A stretch of DNA of 59,750 nt, filler included, from 3 parts of 3 records of this genome joined end to end with filler, not necessarily neighbours in it; one strand, 5' to 3'. Positions 20,819 to 30,028 are shown, numbered from the whole stretch's first letter. Made by a program: numbers and translations. Notes: a model not told the origin generated them from the letters alone.

Positions 20819-21583
20819 TTGAAAACAATTTTTAAATTTTTTTTAAACTTATTTCCTAGGCCTTTATTAATTAAGCTTAGCTATTTAGTAAGGCCAATTA
20901 TCGCTTTAACTCTTAAAGGAGATACTTATACAGATCCTATAGATGGTAAAAGTTTTCGTAAATTTTTACCCTATGGATATGGAAAACAAAGAGAAAATGC
21001 ACTTTCTCCAAGTACATTATCTTTAGAAAGACACCGTTTACTTTGGTTATTCTTAAAAGAGCAAACGGACTTTTTTACAACAAATAAAAAGGTATTACAC
21101 ATGGCTCCTGAGCAATGCTTCTTACCGTTGTTTAGAAAACAAAAAAATCTAGATTATACAACTGCGGACTTATACTCACCTATTGCAGATGTAAAAGCAG
21201 ACATTTGTAATTTACCTTTTGAAGATAATTCATTTGATGTGATTTTTTGTAATCATGTTTTAGAACATATTACAGATGATACTAAAGCTATGAACGAATT
21301 ATATCGTGTATTAAAACCTGGTGGAATGGGGATTTTTCAAATCCCACAAGATTTATCTCTTGCAAAAACTTTTGAAGACGATACAATTAAAGATCAGAAA
21401 GAACGAGCGAGAATATTTGGACAGTATGATCATGTAAGAGTTTATGGACGGGACTATTTTAACAAATTACGTTCTATAGGATTTAAAGTAGAAGAAATAG
21501 ATTATACAAAGAAAATCGCTCCAGAAATGGTAGAGCGATATTGTTTATCTAAAGGTGAAATCTTACCCGTTTGTTTTAAATAA
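20819..21583 (+). CDS. Class I SAM-dependent methyltransferase
   Basis: LHMAPE, ADICNLPF, FDVIFCNHVLEH and RVLKPGG motifs. Confidence 0.92.
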   Translation: MKTIFKFFLNLFPRPLLIKLSYLVRPIIALTLKGDTYTDPIDGKSFRKFLPYGYGKQRENALSPSTLSLERHRLLWLFLKEQTDFFTTNKKVLHMAPEQCFLPLFRKQKNLDYTTADLYSPIADVKADICNLPFEDNSFDVIFCNHVLEHITDDTKAMNELYRVLKPGGMGIFQIPQDLSLAKTFEDDTIKDQKERARIFGQYDHVRVYGRDYFNKLRSIGFKVEEIDYTKKIAPEMVERYCLSKGEILPVCFK

Positions 21584-21584
21584 T

Positions 21585-22868
21585 CTAAGGATTTTTTCTT
21601 AAGAAATCTTCTAGAAATTCTAATTTTTGATCTCCTAAAACTATATAATTAAAATCATCAATTTTCTGATGAATTTGAAACCCTCCAGATTCTATAGGAA
21701 CTATTTTAGAAATTCCACTATAACTACCTGTTTCATTTTCTGGCGCTGTCACCTTAGTTCCGTTTTGATTTATCCAATAACCTTCCCCATCGTTTAATAC
21801 ATGATATTTCCCGCTATAAAATGCTCCAATTCCTTTATAATTATTAGTTTTCAAAACGGTACCATCTAGACTACATAAAAAGCCGTGTAAAGAATAATCT
21901 GACAAATATAATGGATACACACCACCGCCTAAATGCCCGCCAAAATCGAAGTATTTTTTACCCAGTTTTACCTGTCCATCCTTATTAAATTTATCAATTT
22001 TATCAGTTTTTTTTAACTCTTTAAATAGTACTTTTTGATCTGCAATTTTTACAAACTCTTTATTATTTACATTATAAACATATGCTTTTAATGAGTTATT
22101 GGGATAAGTTACAACTGTTCCATTTCCTCTAGGAAGCATTACATTTCCGTAATGAGTAGATAAAGTGTTGAATTCAGAAATACTTGGCAATAATCCACCA
22201 GACTTTAAATGAGAATTGTAATAATAAATTTTAGTCGGTTCCTTTTTTTTATCAATTAGAAGAAAATAACCATCATAACTCATTACAGCTTTATAAGTAT
22301 CTGCTTTAATAATAACATTACCAACATCATCAATAATTCCATAATAATTCTCAGATTTAAATACTGAAACATCATTTTTATTAAAAGAATTAATGCTTGA
22401 TGCTTTAATGGTTAACGCATCAGCTCTTTTTTTCCATACAGTTTTTAGAGAATCTAATCTTCTTGCTTCTTTTTCTCTTGCCAATTTTGCTTTTTCTAAT
22501 TTCCTTTTTTTCAAAGCAATTTTCTCAAGTTCTTCTTCAATGGTTACATATAAATCTAACAATTGAGTATATTCTTCTGTATTTTTTTTCTTAACTAATT
22601 GGAAATAAAATTTTGAATATTTCTTAGCAGTAACATAATTTCGAAGTTCAAATTCTATTAAAGTTCCTAACCTAGCTACATCTGACTGATTAATGGTGTC
22701 TAAAAGTTTTAATGCTTTGTTAAAGTTCTTAGAAGCTTCATCAATTTCTATATTTGAATAATTTTTTTGAGCTTTTCTAATATAAACTCCTGCGATTTCC
22801 TCATTAGTTTGTCCATAAAAAAACAAACTAGAAAACAACATTAATAATGAAAGTGTGAGTTTTCTCAT
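21585..22868 (-). CDS. Secreted hypothetical protein (TPR-like N-terminus, coiled coil, degenerate WG-like repeats)
   Basis: Signal peptide; helical/charged segment; YGIIDDVGNVII and YWINQNG repeats. Confidence 0.6.
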   Translation of the reverse strand: MRKLTLSLLMLFSSLFFYGQTNEEIAGVYIRKAQKNYSNIEIDEASKNFNKALKLLDTINQSDVARLGTLIEFELRNYVTAKKYSKFYFQLVKKKNTEEYTQLLDLYVTIEEELEKIALKKRKLEKAKLAREKEARRLDSLKTVWKKRADALTIKASSINSFNKNDVSVFKSENYYGIIDDVGNVIIKADTYKAVMSYDGYFLLIDKKKEPTKIYYYNSHLKSGGLLPSISEFNTLSTHYGNVMLPRGNGTVVTYPNNSLKAYVYNVNNKEFVKIADQKVLFKELKKTDKIDKFNKDGQVKLGKKYFDFGGHLGGGVYPLYLSDYSLHGFLCSLDGTVLKTNNYKGIGAFYSGKYHVLNDGEGYWINQNGTKVTAPENETGSYSGISKIVPIESGGFQIHQKIDDFNYIVLGDQKLEFLEDFLRKNP

Positions 22869-22936
22869 AGTAGATTAAGTAATTAAGTTAGTTGGAATTA
22901 CTGCAATATACTAATTTTTTGAATCAATTTAAACTC

Positions 22937-23914
22937 TTAAAAATTTTTAAACTCCTGTATATCACCCTTTTCATCTACATACATTAGGACCGTCTTTATA
23001 TGTGGAAACTTGGTTAAAAATGATTTAACTTTTTCAAATCCCATAGCCATAAATGCAGTTGCATAAGCATCTACATCTGCACAATCTGTTTTTGCAATTA
23101 CTGATGCACTTAACAAATTGCTTTCGGTTGCGTAACCTGTAGTTGGATTAATGGTATGAACAAATTTTCTTCCTTCTTTTGTCACTCTAAATTTTCTATA
23201 ATTCCCAGATGTTGCCATAGATTCATTATCTAATTGCACTGCAGAATGAAAAGATTGCGTACCGTCTGTATTTGGTTTTTCAATAGCTACTTTCCATTTA
23301 TTTAACTTTAGATTTGTACCACGAGCTCTTATTTCTCCACCAATTTCAACCAAATAATTTGTAATTTTTTTACTTTCTAAAAAACGACCAATAACATCTA
23401 TACCAAATCCTTTGGCAATAGAGTTAAAATCTAAATAAATTTCAGGAAACGCCTTAAGAAGTTTATCCTTTTTTAATTGTACTTTATCTAAGCCTACAAA
23501 TTTCATAAGTGCACTCACTTGTAAACTATCTAAATTATTGATTGGTTTTTTAGGTCCGAAACCCCATGCATTTACAAGATTCCCAACCGTTGGATCAAAA
23601 TATCCATTCGTTTCAGCAAAAATTCTTTTAGATTTCCCTATAACTTCTTTAAGATAAGCATCTAGCACAATCGTAGAGTCACCTTTATTTATTTTTGAAA
23701 TATCTGAAGTTGGAATATATGTAGAGAGTGATTTATTCATTAAATGAAACAAACTATCTATCTGTTTTTGATAAGTATTTGATGAGTCATTTAAAAAAGT
23801 AATATGATAAGTTGTTCCAAAAACAAAGCCTTCTAATTTAACATTTTGCAATTCATTTTTAATGTTACATGATACAAAAACAACTATACCTAATAGTAAA
23901 AAATACTTTTTCAT
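22937..23914 (-). CDS. apbE: FAD:protein FMN transferase (ApbE) lipoprotein
   Basis: Lipobox FVSC; FGTTY, FDPTVG, DFNSIAKG, VEIGGE, ATSGNY, HTINP and DAYATA motifs. ATG at 23914. Confidence 0.95.
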   Translation of the reverse strand: MKKYFLLLGIVVFVSCNIKNELQNVKLEGFVFGTTYHITFLNDSSNTYQKQIDSLFHLMNKSLSTYIPTSDISKINKGDSTIVLDAYLKEVIGKSKRIFAETNGYFDPTVGNLVNAWGFGPKKPINNLDSLQVSALMKFVGLDKVQLKKDKLLKAFPEIYLDFNSIAKGFGIDVIGRFLESKKITNYLVEIGGEIRARGTNLKLNKWKVAIEKPNTDGTQSFHSAVQLDNESMATSGNYRKFRVTKEGRKFVHTINPTTGYATESNLLSASVIAKTDCADVDAYATAFMAMGFEKVKSFLTKFPHIKTVLMYVDEKGDIQEFKNF

Positions 23915-24009
23915 CTTAAAATTTATATAAAATGTAAAGATACATGATAAATTACTCATAAAAACATCATAAAAAGCAGTTTTTGGTTATTTTTTAACAA
24001 TCTATTTTT

Positions 24010-24017
24010 TACATTTG
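24010..24017 (+). promoter_or_regulatory. -7 promoter element TACATTTG for the OmpA/MotB gene
   Basis: Exact TAnnTTTG match 24 nt upstream of the ATG. Confidence 0.65.
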
Positions 24018-24041
24018 TGTAACAAATAATTTTAAGAAAAA

Positions 24042-24908
24042 ATGAAAAAATTACTTCTATCCCTAACAGTTGTTTTCTTGCTAAGTTCTTGTGTATCAAA
24101 AAAGGAATATGCAGCACTTGAAGCAAATCATAAAAAAACAAAAGAAGAATTATTAGCCGTTAAAACAAATTTAACTAAATGTTTAATTGATAAAGAAAAG
24201 AATCAAACTTTTTCTACCGCTTATCAATCAAAAATTAAAGATTTAGAAGGAACTGTACAAGCTTTACAGCAAGACAAGAAAAAAACGTTAGAATTTGTAG
24301 ATAACTTAACGGTACTTACTAAAGGAGCTAATGACAACATTAAAGAAACATTAATTCAGTTAAGTAAAAAAGACCAATACATTAAGTATATTAGAAAAGC
24401 GATGACAAAGAAAGATTCTTTGAATTTAGCCGTTGCTTTTCATTTAAAGAAAGAGTTAAAAGAAGGTTTGGATGATGAAGACATAGAAATTAACGTTGAA
24501 AAAACGGTAGTTTTCATTTCTATTTCTGATAAATTATTATTTAAAAGCGGAAGTTATAACGTAACTGACAAAGCCTATAAAGTTCTAGAAAAAGTTGCTA
24601 CTGTTGTAAACGGCCAACCTAATATGGATGTAATGATTGAAGGGCATACAGATTCTCAAACAATAAAGAATGATGTTTTAGAAGACAACTGGGATTTATC
24701 TGCTAAAAGAGCAACTTCTATTGCTAGAATTTTACAAACAAGATTTAAAGTAACTCCAGGAAGATTAATTGCTGCTGGTAGATCTAGCTATGTACCTTTA
24801 GTAGACAATGACACTCCTGCTAATAGAGCGAAAAACAGAAGAACAAAAATTATTATCATGCCTAGATTAGATCAATTTTTTGATTTATTAGAAGAAAAAG
24901 CTGAGTAA
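24042..24908 (+). CDS. OmpA/MotB-family peptidoglycan-binding lipoprotein with coiled coil
   Basis: Lipobox LSSC; LLFKSGS, IEGHTD, NWDLSAKRA and NRRT motifs. Confidence 0.93.
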   Translation: MKKLLLSLTVVFLLSSCVSKKEYAALEANHKKTKEELLAVKTNLTKCLIDKEKNQTFSTAYQSKIKDLEGTVQALQQDKKKTLEFVDNLTVLTKGANDNIKETLIQLSKKDQYIKYIRKAMTKKDSLNLAVAFHLKKELKEGLDDEDIEINVEKTVVFISISDKLLFKSGSYNVTDKAYKVLEKVATVVNGQPNMDVMIEGHTDSQTIKNDVLEDNWDLSAKRATSIARILQTRFKVTPGRLIAAGRSSYVPLVDNDTPANRAKNRRTKIIIMPRLDQFFDLLEEKAE

Positions 24909-24930
24909 TATTTTATAACTATAGATGTAA

Positions 24931-24959
24931 GAACCCGTTTCAATGAAGCGGGTTTTTTT
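24931..24959 (+). terminator. Intrinsic terminator after the OmpA/MotB gene
   Basis: AACCCGTTTC-AAT-GAAGCGGGTT hairpin followed by a T-tract. Confidence 0.85.
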
Positions 24960-24982
24960 ATTAATCACAACGAAATAAAAAG

Positions 24983-26155
24983 ATGAACAAAAACCATATT
25001 TTCAATTTAATTTTCTTCCTTTTTTCAATATCTGTTCTACCTCAATCAACAGATATTTTCAAATTAAACACAAAGCATACACTTAAAATAAGTTCAAAAC
25101 ATTTCAAAAACCCAATTGAATATAATATTACGTTGCCCGTAAGTTATGAGAAAGATAAAAATAAATCTTATTTTGTTCTTTTTGATTTACATCCTCGTAG
25201 TCAACCATTTTTAAGTGGAATACATGATTGGCTAAGCCACAATGGAGAATGGCCATGGTTAGAAACCATAATTATAACTCCCGCTAAGTATAATCCTGAA
25301 TTTGCAAAACTATTTGAACAACTAGTTAGCAATCCTAAAAATGAAACAATTCTTGATTATTTTGAAAAAGATTTACTAAAAACAATAGACGAAAAATATA
25401 GAACTAACGGCTTTAAAATTTATAGTGGTTTTATGTCTAATGGAGCTTTTGGACTTTACACTTTAATAAATAGACCTCAATTATTTAATGCCTATATTAT
25501 ATCGAGCCCAACATTGGCTAATAATTTTGGAGCTATAATTTCTGACGCAAAGGAGAAGCTTAAAAAGCCTGATGATAAACTAAGATTCTTACATCTTTCT
25601 ACCGGAAACCATCAATATGAGCAAAGCAGTTTAGCTTCTTTTAATAAATTTAATAAAATACTTAAAGAAAAGTCTCCTAATAGTTTAGAATGGCATATCC
25701 ATAAAAATAATAAAAGTAATTATATGTCTCAACCTATTATTTCTACAATTAATGGAATAGAGATGCTTTTTAATGATATACATACAAATTTAAAAGCTAA
25801 TTCTGAAATTTCTAAAAAAGGTGTACAAGCAATTATCGATTACTATACTAGAATATCTAAGAAAAAATATGGATTTAATGTTTCGGCTGAAGGTTCTTTA
25901 AAAGCTCTGGCTAAATCACTTATGAAAAAAAACCCTAAAAAAGCACTCTTAATTTATCATAAAACGGTTAATCTTTATCCTAATTCAGCTTATGCATATT
26001 CTTCTTTAGCTAAAGCATATGCTGATACAAATAATATTAATAAAGCAATTGAATATCAAACGCAAGCAGTTAAAAAATCAAAATCAATGAGTATGTGGCA
26101 TCAAAACAATCTTAAAAAAATATTAGAAAAATATAACGCAGAAAAAACCAGATAA
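24983..26155 (+). CDS. Secreted alpha/beta-hydrolase-fold (IroE/Fes-like) protein with C-terminal TPR; catalytic motif degenerate
   Basis: Signal peptide; I.LP.SY, IDEKYRT and FNAYIISSP fold motifs; elbow reads GFMSNG; TPR YPNSAYAYSSLAKAY. Confidence 0.8.
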   Translation: MNKNHIFNLIFFLFSISVLPQSTDIFKLNTKHTLKISSKHFKNPIEYNITLPVSYEKDKNKSYFVLFDLHPRSQPFLSGIHDWLSHNGEWPWLETIIITPAKYNPEFAKLFEQLVSNPKNETILDYFEKDLLKTIDEKYRTNGFKIYSGFMSNGAFGLYTLINRPQLFNAYIISSPTLANNFGAIISDAKEKLKKPDDKLRFLHLSTGNHQYEQSSLASFNKFNKILKEKSPNSLEWHIHKNNKSNYMSQPIISTINGIEMLFNDIHTNLKANSEISKKGVQAIIDYYTRISKKKYGFNVSAEGSLKALAKSLMKKNPKKALLIYHKTVNLYPNSAYAYSSLAKAYADTNNINKAIEYQTQAVKKSKSMSMWHQNNLKKILEKYNAEKTR

Positions 26156-26157
26156 TT

Positions 26158-26189
26158 AAAAAGCCCGTTTCAAAGAAACGGGCTTTTTT
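26158..26189. terminator. Bidirectional intrinsic terminator between convergent genes
   Basis: AAAAAGCCCGTTTC-AAA-GAAACGGGCTTTTT perfect stem with A and T tracts. Confidence 0.88.
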
Positions 26190-26219
26190 GAATATTATCC
26201 AATATGTATATTTTCTTTT

Positions 26220-26582
26220 TTATAAAATCTTAATAAAATCTTCAAAAGCTACATAATAAGGTTGATCTTTAAACACAGGATTATCAACACTTTCTGCATT
26301 GGCAATTCCTACACCAGCAAACCAAACTTTGGTATTTTGCTTTTTTGCGTGAGATTTAAAGGTTTCCATCCATAACACATCATATTCTTCTGGATTTTGA
26401 ATGTTATTAGTCGTTTTTACCAAAACAAAAATGGTAGGTTCTCCTTTTTTATATAAAACAAACTGCGGATGCTTTTTTAATTCGCTATTAACAGCAACAA
26501 ACTCATAACCCATATCTTGTAGTTTTTTACCTACAATATTCATTCCTAGGTTATGTAATTCTTGATTAGTTAAAACCTGCAT
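26220..26582 (-). CDS. Conserved 120-aa protein with YraN/PD-(D/E)XK-like pattern (degenerate active site)
   Basis: Starts 2 nt after the DEAD-box stop; L..MGYEFVAVN...HPQFV...IFVLVK pattern. Confidence 0.7.
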   Translation of the reverse strand: MQVLTNQELHNLGMNIVGKKLQDMGYEFVAVNSELKKHPQFVLYKKGEPTIFVLVKTTNNIQNPEEYDVLWMETFKSHAKKQNTKVWFAGVGIANAESVDNPVFKDQPYYVAFEDFIKIL

Positions 26583-26584
26583 GC

Positions 26585-27940
26585 TTATTTTTTGTTTCTA
26601 TTATTGTAGTTTTTATCGCCACGAGTTTTTGGCTTTTTGTATTTCTTTGCAATTTCTCTTCGGTAAGACCCTCCTTGGTTTGTTTTACTATTCTTTTCGC
26701 TTTTTTCATGAAAAGCTGGTCCTGGAACATACTCTTGTTTAGTTCTGTTTTTAGAAACTTCTCTATCTTCTCTTGGCCTCTCATCCTCTGTTAATACTTC
26801 AGAAATCTCAACAATTTCAGGTAGTGCAACTTTAGGAATTTCATAATTCATTAATTCTTCAATTGCTGCTTTATTTTCTTGTTCTTTTGGAGTAGAAAAT
26901 AAAATTGTTTTTCCTTCTTTTTCAGCTCTACCAGTTCTACCAATTCTATGCATATAGTTTTCTGGAAAGTTCGGTGTATCAAAATTTATTACATGACTTA
27001 CACCATCAAAATCCAAACCACGAGCCATAACATCAGTAGCTAATAAAATTCTATTTTTACCTTCATCAAACTGACGTATTGATCGAATTCTATAATTTTG
27101 AGTCTTATTTGAGTGAATTAAACAAATTTCTTCTGCAAAACATTCGTCCATCGACTTAAACAATAAATCTGCTGTTCTTTTAAAACCTACAAATACCATT
27201 ACTTTGGTATATGTTTCTTTATCTTTTAACAAATGATCTAACAAATTTACTTTGGTAAAGAAATTAGGAACATCATAACATTGTTGAGAAATATTATCTA
27301 AAGGCGTACCACTTACTGCTACAGAAACTTTCTCTGGCGCTATAAAAAAATCAGTAATCAAATGATCCACATCTTCGGTCATCGTTGCAGAGAACATGAT
27401 ATTTTGTCTTTTTACTGGTAATAGATCAAAAATGTTTAATAATTGAAAACGAAAACCTAAATCTAACATTACATCTACTTCGTCAATCACCAACTTTTGA
27501 ATCGTTTTTAATTGTAATGATTTACTTAAAGCTAAGTCATACAAACGACCAGGTGTTGCCACAACAATATCTTGACCTTGTGCTATTTCTCTTCTCTGGG
27601 AATTTATATTCGCTCCACCATAAACCCCTAAAACCCTTAGGTTTATATATTTCGCTAACTTCTCTATTTCCTCAACAACTTGCAAAACTAATTCTCTTGT
27701 AGGCACTAACACCAATACTCTAGGATGTTGTTGAACAGAATATTTTAAATCTCTTAAAATAGGCATCATATACGCAAAGGTTTTACCTGTACCTGTTTGC
27801 GCAATTCCAACAATATCTTTTCCAGATCTTACAATAGAAAATGCTTGTTCTTGAATAGGAGTTGGATGAACAAATCCTAAATCTTCAATCGCATTAAAAA
27901 GTTGCTTGGATAAATTTAAATCTTCAAAAGTAGTTTGCAT
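26585..27940 (-). CDS. DEAD/DEAH-box RNA helicase
   Basis: Q motif PTPIQ, AQTGTGKT, PTRELV, TPGRL, DEVD, SAT, ARGLD and HRIGRTGR motifs. Confidence 0.97.
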   Translation of the reverse strand: MQTTFEDLNLSKQLFNAIEDLGFVHPTPIQEQAFSIVRSGKDIVGIAQTGTGKTFAYMMPILRDLKYSVQQHPRVLVLVPTRELVLQVVEEIEKLAKYINLRVLGVYGGANINSQRREIAQGQDIVVATPGRLYDLALSKSLQLKTIQKLVIDEVDVMLDLGFRFQLLNIFDLLPVKRQNIMFSATMTEDVDHLITDFFIAPEKVSVAVSGTPLDNISQQCYDVPNFFTKVNLLDHLLKDKETYTKVMVFVGFKRTADLLFKSMDECFAEEICLIHSNKTQNYRIRSIRQFDEGKNRILLATDVMARGLDFDGVSHVINFDTPNFPENYMHRIGRTGRAEKEGKTILFSTPKEQENKAAIEELMNYEIPKVALPEIVEISEVLTEDERPREDREVSKNRTKQEYVPGPAFHEKSEKNSKTNQGGSYRREIAKKYKKPKTRGDKNYNNRNKK

Positions 27941-27958
27941 TGCTAATTATTTAATTTG

Positions 27959-27966
27959 CAAAGATA
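27959..27966 (-). promoter_or_regulatory. -7 promoter element TATCTTTG for the DEAD-box helicase
   Basis: Exact TAnnTTTG match 18 nt upstream of the ATG. Confidence 0.65.
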
Positions 27967-27984
27967 CACTTTCTTAAAATGTGA

Positions 27985-28779
27985 CTAGTCTAAAATTACT
28001 TTTAAAGCATTTCTATACTCTTTAAAGTCTCTTAAATTATGATGAGTACCTTCTTTTAATAGAATTAACTCTTTAGTTGATGAAGATATGAGATCAAATA
28101 ATTGTTGACTTCCTTTAAATGGTGTCACAACATCATGAGTGCCATGAAAAATTGTAATTGGTGAAGTAATCTTTGGAATCATTTGATATGAATTAAATTT
28201 AAAATGTAACAAAAATTTCGGAATCACTTTATATTTATGATTTGCTGCATTATATAAACTATAAAAAGGAGCTTCTAACACAACATGTTTTGGATTGTTT
28301 TCTGAAGCAACTTTAGCTGCAAAAGTGGTTCCTAAAGAACGTCCATATACAATAATTTGATCTTCTCTATATTGCTTTTTTACATATTGATAACTTAACA
28401 AAGCATCTTTATACATCTTTGTTTCATTAAATGATCCTGTACTTTTTCCATATCCTCTGTAATCAATTACAAAAACATCGTACTGGTATTTCGTAAAATA
28501 AGATGTAATTTCTCCCCAACGAATCAAGTTCCCTTTATTACCATGAAAAAACAAAATAATTCCTTTTGGGTTTTCTGATTTTAAATGCAATGCATTTATG
28601 GTTTCACCATCATCAGTCTTTAAATTAACTTCTTCAAAGCTGAAAGGAAAATTATAGGAATAATCTATTGATATTCCTTCTGGTAAAAAGATTAGTTTTT
28701 CTTGAAAGGTATATAAGATTCCCATAAGCAATAAATATAAGGATAGAATTGAAGATAAAACTATTTTAATTCGCTTCAT
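27985..28779 (-). CDS. Alpha/beta hydrolase (YfhR/ABHD13-like), N-terminally anchored
   Basis: FHGN, DYRGYGKS, GRSLG, HGTHD and GTHH motifs. Confidence 0.92.
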   Translation of the reverse strand: MKRIKIVLSSILSLYLLLMGILYTFQEKLIFLPEGISIDYSYNFPFSFEEVNLKTDDGETINALHLKSENPKGIILFFHGNKGNLIRWGEITSYFTKYQYDVFVIDYRGYGKSTGSFNETKMYKDALLSYQYVKKQYREDQIIVYGRSLGTTFAAKVASENNPKHVVLEAPFYSLYNAANHKYKVIPKFLLHFKFNSYQMIPKITSPITIFHGTHDVVTPFKGSQQLFDLISSSTKELILLKEGTHHNLRDFKEYRNALKVILD

Positions 28780-29645
28780 TTTTTAGATTTTCTTTTAGAT
28801 CTAATAAAATCTATACTTGTATTTTCTCTATCTACTTTTACCAAACCATCAGAATCAAGAATCTCTTTTAAAGCTCTATGGTAATCTTCAAAATTATGTA
28901 AATCTTTATGTCCGCCATCTATAACAGGATACAATCTGGTTAAATTTGGTCTCATTTTAGATAATCGTAAACTAGAAGTGAACTTAATCACTTTATCACT
29001 TGTACCATGAATAATATTAATTGGACAATCAACATATTTAATCCATTTATAAGTTGGCATTTGATAACGCATTACCAAACCCAAAGGCACAAATGGTAAA
29101 TATCGTTTAACATTTTTAGAAATGCTAAAATACGGACAAGCTAAGACCAACATTTTAGGGTTATTCATAGAGGCTACTTTTGTCGCTAAACCAGTACCCA
29201 AAGACCTTCCGTAAATAATAATGTTTTCTTCCTTAACAACTTCTTTAAGCTTTTCATAAACCAACAAAGCATCATCTTTCATAGTTTGTTGACTCATTTT
29301 TCCTGTACTTTTTCCAAATCCACGATAATCAATCATGATTACATCGTATCCATGCAATGTAAAATCTACGGCAAATTTACCCCAACCTTTTATACTTTTA
29401 GAATTACCTTTTAGATAATAGACAACACCTTTTGAGTTTTCTGCCTTAAAGTGTAAACCATTAATTACAACACCTTCTTTAATTTCAAGATTGTACTCTT
29501 TTACTTCTTGGTTTTCGTACTGAAATTGAAAATCTTTTGGTAATTTTTCTGGATGAAATAAGAAACGTTCTTGAAAAAAGTATAAAACTATACTTAGCAA
29601 ACCAATGACAGATAGAGCAATTATTAGGATTAAAGTATAATTCAT
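28776..29645 (-). CDS. Alpha/beta hydrolase (YfhR/ABHD13-like), tandem paralogue
   Basis: DYRGFGKS, GRSLG, HGTSD and GGH motifs; 4-nt overlap with its paralogue. Confidence 0.92.
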   Translation of the reverse strand: MNYTLILIIALSVIGLLSIVLYFFQERFLFHPEKLPKDFQFQYENQEVKEYNLEIKEGVVINGLHFKAENSKGVVYYLKGNSKSIKGWGKFAVDFTLHGYDVIMIDYRGFGKSTGKMSQQTMKDDALLVYEKLKEVVKEENIIIYGRSLGTGLATKVASMNNPKMLVLACPYFSISKNVKRYLPFVPLGLVMRYQMPTYKWIKYVDCPINIIHGTSDKVIKFTSSLRLSKMRPNLTRLYPVIDGGHKDLHNFEDYHRALKEILDSDGLVKVDRENTSIDFIRSKRKSKK

Positions 29646-29683
29646 AATGTAATATTTGTACTAAGCTACTAATTTTTTAACAC

Positions 29684-29715
29684 AAAAAAACCGATACTGT
29701 GTTAGCATCGGTTTT
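29684..29715 (-). terminator. Intrinsic terminator for the small zinc-ribbon ORF
   Basis: Minus-strand AAAACCGATGCT-AACAC-AGTATCGGTTTTTTT; the G-U pair is possible only on the minus strand. Confidence 0.75.
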
Positions 29716-29733
29716 GTAAATCATTACTAGCCC

Positions 29734-29895
29734 CTATTCTAGTAATGATTTTTCTTTCAATATTATTTGAGTGTTCATGAATAATATCCATGTATATCTT
29801 TTTCTACAATTGTAACATTTTAAAAAATACAGCTCTGGCAATAAATTTAAAAATGAAAATTTTTTATTTTTCTTATCCCTACATTTTGGACACAT
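29734..29895 (-). CDS. 53-aa putative zinc-ribbon microprotein (CxxC-x21-CxxC)
   Basis: ATG at 29895: MCPKC...KCYNC; bracketed by two terminators. Confidence 0.55.
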   Translation of the reverse strand: MCPKCRDKKNKKFSFLNLLPELYFLKCYNCRKRYTWILFMNTQIILKEKSLLE

Positions 29896-29979
29896 AAATT
29901 TTATTCTTATTTCAAATATTAAACTTTTTAAAATCAGAACCAAACAAATGTTAAGTTTCAGCCTATTTTTGTGAAGTTT

Positions 29980-30028
29980 AAAACATAAAAAAGCCTTAAC
30001 AATTACTGTTAAGGCTTTTTTATGTTTT
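29980..30028 (-). terminator. Long perfect hairpin (22-bp stem) terminator
   Basis: AAAACATAAAAAAGCCTTAACA-ATTAC-TGTTAAGGCTTTTTTATGTTTT, 10 nt after a minus-strand stop codon. Confidence 0.85.

Noticed and set aside
24042..24908. Flagellar motor MotB
   Set aside because: It is a lipoprotein with no MotB TM Asp, and there are no motA or flagellar genes; a generic OmpA-like domain fits.
26220..26582. NqrF assignment
   Set aside because: Far too short, no 2Fe-2S/FAD/NAD motifs, and no other nqr genes nearby.
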